Below, piece after piece: positions 14,510 through 26,905 of a DNA stretch of 64,000 nucleotides. Numbering within the stretch: position 1 is the stretch's first letter; each line of letters opens with the position of its first letter. A program made the translations under genes and the position numbers. Under the pieces are notes generated by a model. That model worked only from the letters and a program-made list of their open reading frames with translations. It was not told the DNA's origin and made no database searches. Source of the stretch: Tubiluchus corallicola (lineage: Eukaryota; Animalia; Priapulida); assembly GCA_030141605.1 (NCBI GenBank), contig JAQGDQ010000850.1, forward strand, positions 23,446-87,445, read 5' to 3'.

Positions 14510-14650
14510 GCGCTATAGTCTAATGGCAACGCATCCGTTTTCCGACTGGGAGGTCGTGAGTTCGATACCAGGCTATAACAACCACTTTGAAAGTGGTACC
14601 TGTCGTTACCTGGCATTACCTAGCGCGTGGTATTATTATATATTATTAAT
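14510..14650 (+). mobile_element. Second, diverged copy of the tRNA-derived SINE
   Basis: TAGTCTAATGG...GAGTTCGATACC...ACTTTGAAAGTGGTACCTGTCG aligns with 2610-2730. Confidence 0.6.
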
Positions 14651-14744
14651 TACTAACAATCACCTCTATTATGTAGTATGGCATAGTTATATACAGCTGG
14701 CGAAAGTTCTTTGATTCTACGTTTAGTTAATCCAAAGGCTGATT

Positions 14745-15858
14745 TTAAAGGAAGACCAGACCCAGGCTTAAACTACAGCTTAAAACAATCTAATCTATGA
14801 GATTTTGAAAGGGAACATACTATTTTTTCAAGAATGGATTTCGTGAAAGAATTATAACCACAGAAACACGATTGCACGTGTTGTTGGCATCCTTCTGTCT
14901 CGGAAGACAATGCAGTGTGCGCCAAGAGAGTCAGTTATTGATCACATTGATGGAGCTGCAGCATCGACTGTGGCTGAGCAGTGCGATCCTTGTACGTCTC
15001 CAAGGCGCACGTCTGGGCAAAGTGTATGGAGATCCTGAGTTGCCCAGACAACAGGAACCCCCTCTCTTCCTCGCTGGTGTAGTCCAAAGGAAAGCGGAGC
15101 GATACGTTTGGCACCAGGTTGGCTGTAGGAGCTGCCGGAGTCATTGAGCATGCTGCACTGGTCCGCCTTCGGGGCTCCGCTCCTGATTTGGAAGGTTTAC
15201 TCCTCTACACATGGCCGTTGGGTCACTTGACCTCCTCCGCCCTCTAGCCGTTGGCTGCTTGTACAGCTCCTCCGCCTAGTGTCGAGGAGTATAATTCTTC
15301 CCGTATAATTCTTCCCTATTGCCTGTTTTTGCCTGGTTAGACGGGCACTAGCACCTGCATCTCGGAAATGCGTTGCACAAAAAACAGCTGCTATACCTCT
15401 CAGATTAGAGGTATGTTCATTTGTGACGCAGTGCACACGTTGGAGAAATCAGTGTGAGCTAAGCCGTAAACTTGAAATTTGAATTTTAAAGTTAAAATTT
15501 GCCGAGTTTTAGTACATCACGCTGAATGTTGCACAGTAGCACTGCACTGAATGTTGCACAGTAGCACTGCATTGAATGTTGCACAGTAGCACTGCACTGA
15601 ATGTTGCACAGTAGCAGTGCACTGAATGTTGCGCAGTAGCACTGTACTTCAATTTTCGTTTTCACAAACACCTGCAACACGCTCGTGGAATGTTTTCGAT
15701 GTTGAAAATTATGTTAGTTTGTGATGTCATCACTTGTTAGGCTCGCCCGCCGTTAATTAAGATTTTAGTCTATTGTTAATTTGGCATTAATATAGTTTTG
15801 AAATGTTTCAAGTACTTCAAAATGGGACAGGATATGAAAAATCATCCGGTCTTCCTTA
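14745..15858 (+). mobile_element. Family A TTAA-flanked non-autonomous DNA element (Kolobok-like), interrupted by a SINE, with an internal 25-bp tandem expansion
   Basis: Termini TTAA|AGGAAGACC...GGTCTTCCT. Body homologous to copies at 26231, 33397, 36203 and 52240. TGAATGTTGCACAGTAGCACTGCAC repeats ~5x at 15523-15646. Confidence 0.75.
14877..15288 (-). mobile_element. 5'-truncated copy of the 5S-derived SINE body
   Basis: Near-identical reverse complement of 43841-44195. Lacks the 5S head and has a ~55-bp segment absent from the other copy. Confidence 0.88.
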
Positions 15859-16129
15859 TTATAGGAAACCTTCATTTATGCAAAGTGAATAATTAATGAT
15901 TTATTCTTCGAATGCCTGACGTCACAAATGTGCCCTAAAGAATTACAGACATTTTGCTACGCACTCACGTCTCGACAGTTGGGCAATTTTTTAAGATACT
16001 TGACCTTGAAAATGACAACAGAAAATTGTCAGAATGCCGACAGCTTGTAATAAAAAGTGTCTTATAGTAAGTTACTTTAAGCGTTTCCCTATATTTCCCC
16101 CGTGGCTTTATTTCTATAAAAGGCTCTAA

Positions 16130-17278
16130 ACTTTGGTAATCGGTGATAAAGTCACAGGAAAAAAACCACCGGAAACGTCAAAATTTTGGCTAGTAAAAGA
16201 GTTACAGGAAAATACGCAATTAAATTTGGCTAATAATAAAAATAAAATAATAAAATAAAATTTTGGCTCAAGGATTACACGCCAACCCTAGACCTGCTAT
16301 TATTTGCAAGGAAGCGTTTCATAAACTCAGATCAGGTCATCCATCCAGCGCCATTCTCTTCAAATTGTTGCAGAACTACGTAAAGTCTACTAAACGTTTT
16401 GCTAATTGATTGTACGTGTAATTGTATATTGAATTGTAACCTGAATTATTTTGAATTTTATGCTTTTGAATTAAACATCAGTTATTGAGCAATCATACTT
16501 TTGTATAACTAATGGGATGATGTACATTGATAATTGTTTCTGATAATTGATGATAATTCAATTTTAAGTGTTAACTAATGAATTACTTGTACTTTTGAAC
16601 TAACTATCTATGTAACTATTTTCTTGATGACCAGTTGTATATACAGGGGCGTGTTAACCAATAGGCTGACTAGGCTACAGCCTGGGGTGCCAAAGTTTGA
16701 GGGGAGCCACTTTGTAGGCGCCCAATTTTAAAAAAATTCTTATTCTCCTTCCTCAAAAAATGTGTATCCGTTGATAATCATGTAAAAGAAGCAGTAACCC
16801 ACCACAGGCAGTTATCGAAAACTGTTACTATATAAGTGCTACATAATCAGCCACCACAAGCTACTACACAACAAGCAGTTGCCCAGCCTTCTTATATATA
16901 AGCACTGTTTATATACACGTAATTAACAATGGCCATGTAGAAATTAGGTTAATAGTATTACTAATACACCACAAGTAATTGCTTAATCTGCTCAGTACAT
17001 AAGCAATAATAAATATACAATACAGATGGGCGGGGCAGATCTATCAGCCTAGGGTGTCGTGATACGCCCCTGTGTATATCTCTGTTCTCAACTAAAACGT
17101 ATTTGTTGCACAGTGGAAAACTCCGATCAGTAATATTACTGTATGTCAATCCACTTAGAATAAATAAAGTTTATATATAAATTTGGCTAGGATTAAGGTT
17201 TGGAGTTAGGACTAGATTTTTTTCTTATGACTCTTTTCCTCTAACTTTTCCTGTGACTTTATTACCTGGATTCCAAAC
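16130..17278. mobile_element. TIR element with TAACCC-like subterminal motifs, containing a nested MITE
   Basis: Inverted ends TAAAGTCACAGGAAAA/TTTTCCTGTGACTTTA. A related, internally expanded copy is at 17965-18572. Confidence 0.55.
16644..17072. mobile_element. hAT-type MITE
   Basis: TIR CAGGGGCGT/ACGCCCCTG, TSD TGTATATA/TGTATATC. Homologous copy at 54243-54665. Confidence 0.85.
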
Positions 17279-17456
17279 TGTAAGTTACAGAGATATATTA
17301 ATTCTGTTTGAGATATTTGTCGATAGTTTTGTGTTCAAATTCACACGTATTGTATATGGCAACAGATAACCGGAAACGGAAGTAACAGTAATGCGCGCCA
17401 CCTAGGCCCAGTTTGAAGAAGCTTATAAAAACAAAAATAAGTTTCAAAATTCTTAC

Positions 17457-17489
17457 CTGCGTATCCCCACGGCGAGTGACCTTTCTCCT
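17457..17489 (-). CDS. CA: Alpha-carbonic anhydrase exon 2, 33-nt mini-exon ((E)EKGHSPWGYA)
   Basis: Polypyrimidine tract with TTTCAG acceptor and G|GTAAG donor. Encodes the N-terminal WxY motif of alpha-CAs. Phase 1/1, in frame with the next exon. Confidence 0.85.
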
Positions 17490-17964
17490 CTGAAAGAAAA
17501 AAATGCGAAGTTTTAACACTGCAAATAATTTCATAATATTTTGTACTATCAGGTGCCAATAACAGCAAGTACCGCACGTCAAGCGCACCTTTTCCCGCTG
17601 GTCCATTGTTTCTTTACGTAGGTTTTTTTATAACTCGGCTGCATAACCGTTCTATTACTTTTCTATTTCTACAATTATTTAAGTTTTAGTTTAAATAAAT
17701 TTGAAATTGAATTGAATTAAACTCTACATGTGTAACTCCATTACAGACTTGTCTGTAACTGTACTAGCCAAACGATATTGTTTTTATTTACAAAAATGCA
17801 GTAACTTATTGTTTTTCGTTTGACATGCGAGGATCGATAGATTTCCAAATTTCTAAGCTGATTAATCTTCCTTTTTCTCTGCATTTAAATAAGATGCGAT
17901 TACGTCCAGAAATAATTCGCCCGAAATGCCAAAAATAATCATAATTAATAATACGCATCTAAGT

Positions 17965-18572
17965 GACTGGCAAAAAAGTTACACGAAAAAAGTCACAATT
18001 ATTTTGGCTAGGGTTAGGGATACGGTTGTTTCTTTTTTCCTGTAACTTCTGTGAATTTTTTTCCTGTAACTTCTGTGACTTTTCTCCTGTAACTTCTGTG
18101 AATTTTTTTCCTGTAACTTCTGTGACTTTTCTCTTCTGACTTCTGTGACTTTTCCTGTAACTTCTGTGACTTTTTTTGTAACTTCTGTCTGTGACTTTTC
18201 TCCTGTAATTTCTGTGACTTTTTTCCTGTAACTTCTGTGAATTTTTTCCTGTGGCTTCTGTGACTTTTCTTGTAACTTCTGTGACTTTTCTCTTCTGACT
18301 TCTGTGACTTTTCTCCTGTAACTTCTGTGACTTTTCCTGTAACTACTGGGACTTTTCTCCTGTAACTTCTGTGACTTTTCTCTTCTGACTTCTGTGACTT
18401 TTCCTGTAACTTCTGTGACTTTTTTTATAACTTCTGTCTGTGACCTTTCTCCTGTAATTTCTGTGACTTTTTTCCTGTAACTTCTGTGAATTTTTTCCTG
18501 TAGCTTCTGTGACTTTTCCTGTAACTTCTGTGACTTTGTTTCCTGTAACTTCTGTGACTTTTTACGTGGAAT
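17965..18572. repeat. Degenerate ~21-24-bp tandem repeat (CCTGTAACTTCTGTGACTTTT) within a TIR-element remnant
   Basis: Direct inspection; the unit matches the terminal motif of the 16130-17278 element. Confidence 0.8.
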
Positions 18573-18991
18573 CGCGTCTAAAACGCTTGTACCAAAATAA
18601 TCGCTGTTTAGTATTCAATTGTAATTTGTTTGAGAATCATAAGGAAAAATCTTCAGAACTAAAAATGCAGCAGCAAAATGCTGCTAATCTGAGTCATTTG
18701 CTGACGTATTTCTCCAGCAGTTTTGAGATCAAATTTTAAAAGAACCAACTATACTAACATCTACGGCACATAGCATAATCTGAAATTGATAACGATTAAA
18801 AGAGATCACTTTTGTTTCGTGATTCGTTTAGCATTCCATGTCAATATAAATCAGGATTTCAAAACCCCGCGCAGCACATTTTCTACCTTTTGAAACGATT
18901 TCTTGTTGTTGTGTTGCTTTTAAAATACGTCAAAACAAATTACAGTGGCAAGTAAGCATCTAAGTGTAGCATTTGTAAGCATTTTTCAAGT

Positions 18992-19495
18992 TTAAAGGAC
19001 AAGAATAGGGGCACCTGAAGTAGGTTTCCGAAAAGTCGCCTAGAAAATTTGTGTTACTTTACAGCAATTTTATGCACATATCGTATTCGCGTTGGAAGGA
19101 ATTTTTGTTTGTTTTCATTTTAAATCTCCCGCGATACTGTTCCGACCACGCCATTACATGACGTCACTTACGTAAATGTAAATCAGGGGAAGAAAAGGAA
19201 ATGTTATGTTATGTCCCAAAAACTTTCCATGCAAATCTATATTACTTAGCATTTCTCGCTTACCAGCTGGAAAGACTTATGTAACTAGAAATAATAATTT
19301 AAAATGTTCGTGCCAATTGGTAAAATGTCGCCGATTCACCCTGCAGGGTGCGCCACTCGCTAACCCAAAAACGCATTTTTAATCTTATTGACAAGATACA
19401 GTAATTTAAAATTTTACTTTTGTGACGTGTGCGCTACGAATGCTTTTTTCAATCTTCACGCATTGTTATCTAAACTTGTTTCAAACGACCTGCCA
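18992..19495 (+). mobile_element. Family B interspersed element (TTAA|AGGACAAG terminus, Kolobok-like)
   Basis: Homologous to 20233-20900, 35372-36030 and 37200-37861 (minus). All begin TTAAA(G/A)GACAAGAA. Confidence 0.7.
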
Positions 19496-19567
19496 TTAGG
19501 CTGGCTGGTTTATGTAAGTGGAGAGTGTTGTTGTGCTTTAATACTGCTGGACAATGTCCACGCTTAC

Positions 19568-19808
19568 CGATGTTAGGAAATGAATAAGCAACCGGCTCAT
19601 ATGGAATTTTCAGCAGCTTAAAGAGGCGCTCGAACTCATCGTTACCGCTTCTCTTCCGAAGTACCTCTTCATGTGAAACGTCCGCAATGTGGCGTTGATG
19701 GCCGTCGCGTCTCCAGTTTCGAACTTTATGTTCCCTAATTTGTCTGCGTCCGATTGTAACACAGGGTAGGAGGATAACAAAGAATATTTCAAAATTTACT
19801 AAGCGCAT
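19568..19808 (-). CDS. CA: Alpha-carbonic anhydrase, candidate proximal first coding exon (signal peptide plus ~60-aa basic propeptide)
   Basis: ATG (AAAGATG) starts MRLVNFEIFFVILLPCVTIG-RRQIREHK...VLRKRSGNDEFERLF...YSFPNI. 80 codons plus 1 nt, then donor G|GTAAGC. Phase 1 matches the acceptor at 17489. It is a unique-sequence island between repeats. Confidence 0.65.
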
Positions 19809-19876
19809 CTTTTGTGATAGTTGTCACTTTCTTAGCTGCATTAGCCTATCGTGTTTCTATGCGCTGGTTGTAAACA

Positions 19877-19936
19877 CAGCGTGGTTACCATGACACTATG
19901 ACGCTACAGCGTGGTTACCATGACATTATGACGCTA
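19877..19936. promoter_or_regulatory. 30-bp tandem duplication with an RFX X-box-like core, upstream of the proximal candidate first exon
   Basis: CAGCGTGGTTACCATGACA(C/T)TATGACGCTA twice. GTTACCATGACA partly resembles the X-box GTTRCCATGGYAAC. Confidence 0.3.
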
Positions 19937-20019
19937 AGCGTTTGTATTTGTATCATAATTGAATCGTGAATTAATTGAGTTGAACTAATTTTAGAGGCAT
20001 TTTTAACGTACATCCCGAG

Positions 20020-20900
20020 AAATTTCTACACAAAGTTATATTACTTAGTATTACCCCTTATTTGCTAGAAAAATTAGAGTAATTAAAAGACAAGAAAAGG
20101 GGGGTACCTAAGTAGGTTTCAGAAATTTACATTTTTGCTTAGATGACGAAAAGTGTTTTGCGAATGCTCTGATCATTTTTTCAAACTTTACACAGTGACT
20201 ATACCGCTTTAGTGCTGTATGGAAGAGGGAGACTTAAAAGACAAGAAAAGGGGGTACCGGAAGTAGGTTTCAGAAAATTCGCCTTAAAAAATTAAATTAC
20301 TTTATAGCAATTTTATACATATATCCTGCTCGCACTGAAAGGAATTTTTATTTGTTTTCCTTTTAAATCTCCCGCCATACTGTTCCGACGACGCCATTAC
20401 GTGACGTCACTACGACACGTAAATCAGGGGAAGAAAAGGAAATGTTAAACTATGTCCCAAAAAACTTTCCGTGCAAAGTTATATTATTTAGCATTTCACG
20501 TACCTGCTTAAAAGACTAAAAAAGTAAATTATTAATTATTTAAAATGTTTGCACCAGCTGGTAAAATGTCACTGACTCACCCGCCAGAGTGCACCACTGA
20601 TTCACCAAAACGTATTTTTAATCTTATTGACAAGATACAGTAATTTATACCTTTGCTTACTTAACGAAGAATGTGCTACGAATGCTATAATAAATTTTTC
20701 AAATTTGAGTCAATGTTGTTTAAACTTGTGTTAAACGACCTACGGTTGAAATGGCTCGCTTAGTGATCATTTCAGGAGTTTAGATTTACAGCGTTACTAC
20801 TAACGCGAGCTCTGTGTGCAATAAGACTGGTACGAAATTTCAACACGAATTTTTAATCTTGGTTTGTCAAGAGTATTTTCTTGTGCTTTAAATATTATTG
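20020..20900 (+). mobile_element. Family B element, composite (partial copy, linker, full copy)
   Basis: Shares body and junction sequence with 35060-36030. Confidence 0.7.
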
Positions 20901-21784
20901 AATCACTAGCGAGAAATAATTAGTTTTTTTTATTTTAATATCAAGATTATTATCAACGAGCTTAAAAACCTACAATTAATTTAATTAGTTAGAATCACTC
21001 TAGTGTGAGAAATCTCATATTAGAAGTGCTGAATTCGGTTGACCAGCTATAGGGGACGGACTGCCTTGACCACTAGTAGATGTGCTGGGCTAGTGGTATA
21101 AGGTGTCCACAATGTAAGCAGAAGGTTCATTTTCTTAGCATTTATATATGTTCATTAAAAAAATAAAGGTGCCTGCTTATGGCAGGGTCGGAACCTATCC
21201 AGTTATGAAAGTTGATTTTACAATTGAAAATTCTTAATTATCAAGTTTTGGTAATCCACCAATCATCTCAGCTCGACACTGAATCAGTTCAGAGCTGCCT
21301 TTAAAAAGAAATTTAGCCCACTAACCGGGCTCGGCGATGCTTAACTTCCGTTCCCAAGCGCATACCGTGACCACTCAGCTGTGTTCAACGCCCGAAATGT
21401 AATTGATCGATCAAAATGTCTGTGTAATTGTTTTGTAAATGCATAAAGTCCTTTAAACGATTCTAAATTCGTGCTGATGGTCGATTTGATCTTCAAATAA
21501 ACTTCTCGCAGCTTTTTGTGAAAACGGATTGACCCTCAATCGTCCTTCAAGGAGAAAGGAAGCGGAACTGATGCGCCAAATCGAAAGATGCGCATTCATT
21601 GAATGCAAAGAGAATTACTTGTTTTACGTACAGAGATGATTAAAGTGTAAACCACGCATGCGTAAAAGGTGGCGATAAATTAAGTTTATGTTTAGTTTAT
21701 AAAGCAGAGCAGCTGGCTTGCTTATTTTAGTGAATCTCAGTCATCCGCGCTCACTGGTATAGGAGTGTCTGTTAGCCATTGCCT

Positions 21785-22340
21785 TCATCATTATTGTCAT
21801 CATCATCATCGTCACCACCACCATCACCGTCATCATCATCGTCGTCGTCACCACCATCGTCACCGTCGTCGTCTTCATCATCATCACCACCATCATCACC
21901 GTCGTCGTCGTCATCATCATCATCGTCGTCGTCACCACCATCTTCACCGTCATCGTCGTCATCACCGTCGTCGTCGTCATCATCGTCGTCGTCATCATCA
22001 CCATCGTCGCCGTCGTCGTCGTCATCATCATTATCATCATCGTCATGGTCATCAATACCACCGTCATCATCATTCTTGTCATTACTGTCATGTTCATCGT
22101 TGTCATCATCATCATCATCGTCATTATCATCATCGTCATTAACATCAGTACCAGCATCATCATCATTCTTGTCATTACTGTCATCATCATCGCTGTCATC
22201 ATCATCATCGTCGTCATTGTCATCATCGTCATTGTCATCAGTACCACCATCATCATCATTCTTGTCATTACAGTCATCGTCATCGTTGTCATCATCATCG
22301 TCATCGTCATCGTCATTATAATCGACATCATAATCATCAT
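21785..22340. repeat. (CAT/CGT/CAC)n degenerate trinucleotide repeat
   Basis: Direct inspection. Confidence 0.93.
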
Positions 22341-23582
22341 TTCCTCAGCACCATCCACGCTTTTGTTGTCATTGAAACAAAGCAGTCAATACAATTTTTT
22401 TCCGGATGTAACTGACACAAATGAAATACAAGTATTAAAATGAAATAAAATACAATGAAATAAAATTACAATATTAAAATGTAAATACAGGGTTGTAAAT
22501 TAAGAGCTAAATAGATTTTAGAAACTAATTATATAATATTTTCAGTAGCACTAGATATGATAACATTTCCATTTTAGGGACCTGAATGATTTCAATTTTA
22601 TCAGCTGATAAAATAGACGAGAAAAAGTTTGAGGGGTTTTTTATCTGTGCTTGCTAACACGCCACAAACAATTTCTTTAGGCAGTAATGTTTGTTTTTGT
22701 CTAAATTAAGTCGAATAAAAAAATATTCGACGACTCGAACTCCTGACCGTAATTCGGTCTCTTGGTTTGTTTGCGTGGGCGTGATAGGGCTAGAAAAAGA
22801 ATGGCCTGCAAGTTTTGGGCCTGACAAAACGATTTCTACAATTTTGGCTAACTACAATGCTTTTACATAAATTTAGGTAACAAATCGCACAAAATATGTA
22901 ACAAATAACAAATATTTAGCTATTGTATTTGACTGCTTTACCTTACTGTGTAAGAACTGGGAAAGATTTACCCTGAGGGGTGAAATTGTCTGCAAAGAAT
23001 AATAAGTAAGTTCTCCTTCTCTAGATGAGTTCGTTACTCTTCCTCATCTTACATCATGTCTAAAAGCTCCTACGAATGTTTTTTCTACCCTATTGTGTGA
23101 AAACTTGAACACAATCAGAAAATTTTGCTCCAAACGTTTAGCCCAAAGCCTTCTCCTGCAGATAAGCTAATTGTTTTAACAGTTCTGGTTTGGGCTCTTG
23201 ATTTATTGTCGACTCGTAAACGACCATGAGAGAAATACCAGGTTAAAAAAACGTGTTTGGTTATAATTTTGTTAAAGAAGACAGGTTCTAGCTGCAGTCA
23301 ATAACAGCTTGTTGAAATCTGGTAAACAAAATCAGCTTTAGGGCGATTTTTGACCTAAAAACAGGCTCTCGAAATTAGCATACAGCCAACAGGTGAAGTG
23401 AAGTGGAACGTCCGCGCATTGTTGATATCATTGATAGCACGGTAGGTGTAAAGGCCGGCTCTATTACTAAACAAGTCAGGCAGTCGCCTAGGTCGGAAAA
23501 TTTTTGGGTCGCCAAATTCTGGAAGCATTTCTTCAATTTTTAAGTTTAGTATAAACAATAGCATATAATGTAAGTGTAATTC

Positions 23583-24135
23583 CTTAAAGGAAAACCGGAC
23601 GATTGTGTAAACATGAGTTTAGAATAAAGAATGCTCCAAAATATTGAAAACTACAATAGCTTATTTTAAATCAAAGCTTAGATTAAATAATAATTACCTC
23701 GGATACTCAAATTTCATTAAACTTTCAAAGCTACGCGCGGCTCAGTGAATTTACTAAGATTGGCAGCGGCGCCTTTTTGTCACGTTTGCATGGCCGAGCA
23801 AATAGAAGGCGGTACCGTGATAAGCATGATCATGAACAGCAGTGTTAGTTTCTGACGTCATATGACGTAGAGCCCGTTTTCGTGACATCACGCGTTTAAA
23901 CAGTAACACTTACGGAAACTTGCTTGACGCGCAAGGGAAGATGCCTGCGATTGCACAAACTGTGGTTAGTTTCTGACGTAAGCAATAGCTGTGTTCGGTT
24001 GGCGTTAATTAACTTTCTAAGCTAATTATTCAAATATAAGAAACAATTGCTAACTTTTATAGACAAGAAAATGTATATTTTAAACAGTAAATTAACATGA
24101 GATTGAGTCTAAACAATCATCAGGTTTTCCTTTAA
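23583..24135. mobile_element. TTAA-flanked MITE (Kolobok-like, family C)
   Basis: TTAA|AGGAAAACCGGACGATTG ... CAATCATCAGGTTTTCCT|TTAA. Internal TGACGTCA motifs. Confidence 0.75.
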
Positions 24136-26230
24136 GTCTACCGTATTAATTAAATTGGATTATTTCCCGTCAAAATGTACGGTTCCTCGATACCAGCAAG
24201 TACATTAGACAGCAAAACACTCTATTTTCGTTTTATCTGGCTTCATAATTATCTGGCTTCATTTCATGCAGACATTACTGATTCGTTATGTTGCTTTTGG
24301 CCGTAGCTTCTACGAGTGCCAACAGAACGACCCCCCCCTCCCGTTAATAAAACAAATACTTTCTTACAATAGAATTTTTCTAACTATGGCAGATAAACTT
24401 GTAAGAATCGAAATCTTCGGGATGGAATACAGGAAGCGGAAAGTAAAAATCCTGGCGAGTCATATATATCTTTTTTTTATTCGTACTCGTGGTACAATCA
24501 CATGAAGTAAACAAACAGATAAACAAGCAAAATAACATTGATTAACAAGATTAGTAAACAATGTGAATATGTACAATAAGCCTTTTCATACTTCCAGCAA
24601 GTGATGATGATCGTGAAAAGGTCAAAGTTCATACGTGTACCAGGCAACACATTAACAAGGTCAGTAAGCAACGTGAATATATACAATTAAGTGAGAGTAA
24701 GACACGGCGTACAACTCATTCCTGTCAAAAAAATCAAAACAATTACGTTCTAGAACCCATGTAACTTCTTTAATGAAATTTACAATCCGTATTTGTTCAT
24801 CGCTAGCATTATTTCTTATATATATATTATAAGATTATTATATATATATATAATAATCTTTATTTGCCATAAAAATCGATATTCATAACTATAAAAGCAT
24901 AAAAGAACATCGCAGCATGTTAAAGGCAAATGCGTCCAGTGCAAACTAAAAACTGCTGTGCCAAAAATTTAAAACAAAAATATACATTATAATATTACAC
25001 GGAAATTATAATAGACTATATACCATATATACGTATAATTTAAAATGGACGTGGGTAAATAAAATTTCTGGATGAATATATATTATCGTTTATGTATGTT
25101 GGGTTTTCAAAACGATTTAATGTATGTATTTTTAATTTTGATTTGAATTCGTCAAAGGAACTTGATTTGTTTTAAATTTGATGGCAGGGTATTCCAAAGT
25201 TGAACTCCTTGCTTAGTGATAGAACAAGGAGTTCAACTTTGGAATACCCTGCTATCAAATTTAATGTACAAGATATCTAATGTACAAGAAAAAATTTTAG
25301 AAAGAAAATTCTCATTTGTGTAAAAAGTTTTGTACTCGTTAAAAATAGATAACAAATTACAACCCGTTATAGAAGAGGCATGAAATCGAGAATTATGTGC
25401 AAAGAAACTGGCTATATGATTTTCACTATATAAGCAACTATGGTAAAATTTAACAAATCGTTGTAAGTGGGGGGAACAATATCACATATCACAATCTGTG
25501 TGATTTAGATCTGTGTGATATATAGTACAATGTAGTCATCAATTCAATTTCAGGGCCTGCAGATAGGTAATTAACTACAATTTATAGTACAGTATAATAC
25601 ACGCATAAGTTTACTACACAAGTACCATTATACTTTAATATGCTATTATATCAGAAAGATTCAATATTGATAGCGTGGCAAGGGTCTGTTGGGAAGGAGG
25701 TTGACCAGTAAGGAGGAGGGGGGCTGAGAATACTTTTGCGTAGGGCGTCAAATTACCTAGAGCTGCCCATGAATGGTGTACAGACAATATGGTGATAATA
25801 CGATAGAAATCCTAGCGCTCGTACGAACCCTAGGAAATGCTAACACAATTTATTAATTTAGAATTGTGGATTTCATTCTCCTATTTAATGGATTACTTAT
25901 TCAAATTTTATCGATATCGACATTTTCATTTCTCTCAGTTTAACTCTGCAACCTCGATAATATTCATTGAAAGGATTTTTTTAAAAGTCGCCAAACATTT
26001 TGAAAATGACGATTTTATCGGTTAGTTAAGTCAGTCTGCAAGCTGTAAAATGAACATTTTTACTGTAGATTTTAAATGAGGGATTTATACACTAACTGTC
26101 TGGTTTACACATTTATTTTGTGCCACAAGCTAAAGTGAGTTTATACAGTATGAACTCGTAGACAGATGCTCCCAAATTATTGATTTTTACACGACATTAA
26201 AACGACTTTCAACTGTTTAAACTATTTGTT

Positions 26231-26858
26231 TTAAAGCAAAACAGACCCAATCTTAAACTGCAGGTCGAAACAATCTACTCTTTAAATTGTTGAAAGGAAA
26301 CATAATATTTTTTTTCAAAAATGACTTACGTGAAAGAATTATTACCACACAAACACAATTTCACGTTCGCGCCACTAGTTGTTCGCTGTTACATGCATTT
26401 CGCCATTCGCTAGTTAGACGGGCACTAGCGCTTGTATCTCAGAAACGCATTGCACAAAAAACAGGCTCTGTATCTCTCAGTTCAGATGTGTTAGTTTGTG
26501 ACGAACTGCACACGTTCGATAGCTCATGCGTGAGCACAGCGGTAAACTTGAAATTTGAATTTTTATCTTAAAATTTGCCTAGTTTTAGTACAACACACTG
26601 AATATCTCACAGTAGCACTGCACTTCAATTTTCGCTTTCGCAAACACGTGCAACACGCTCGTAGAATGTTTTTGCTGTTGAAAATTATGTTAGTTTGTGA
26701 TGCCATCAATAGTTGAGCTCACACGACGCTAATTAAGTTTTTAATCTATTATTTAATTATCAGAAAGGCTTTTGCAGTATTAATTGTGTTAAAATGTATA
26801 CTTTTTAGAGGACTTGAAAACGGGATAGGGTATGAAAAATCATCCTGTCCTCCTTTAA
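26231..26858 (+). mobile_element. Family A Kolobok-like MITE
   Basis: TTAA|AGCAAAAC...GTCCTCCT|TTAA; multi-copy in the window. Confidence 0.8.
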
Positions 26859-26905
26859 GTTAGGGTTGTTATAAGTCAGACATTGTTATTTCAGGCTAAA
26901 CTATC

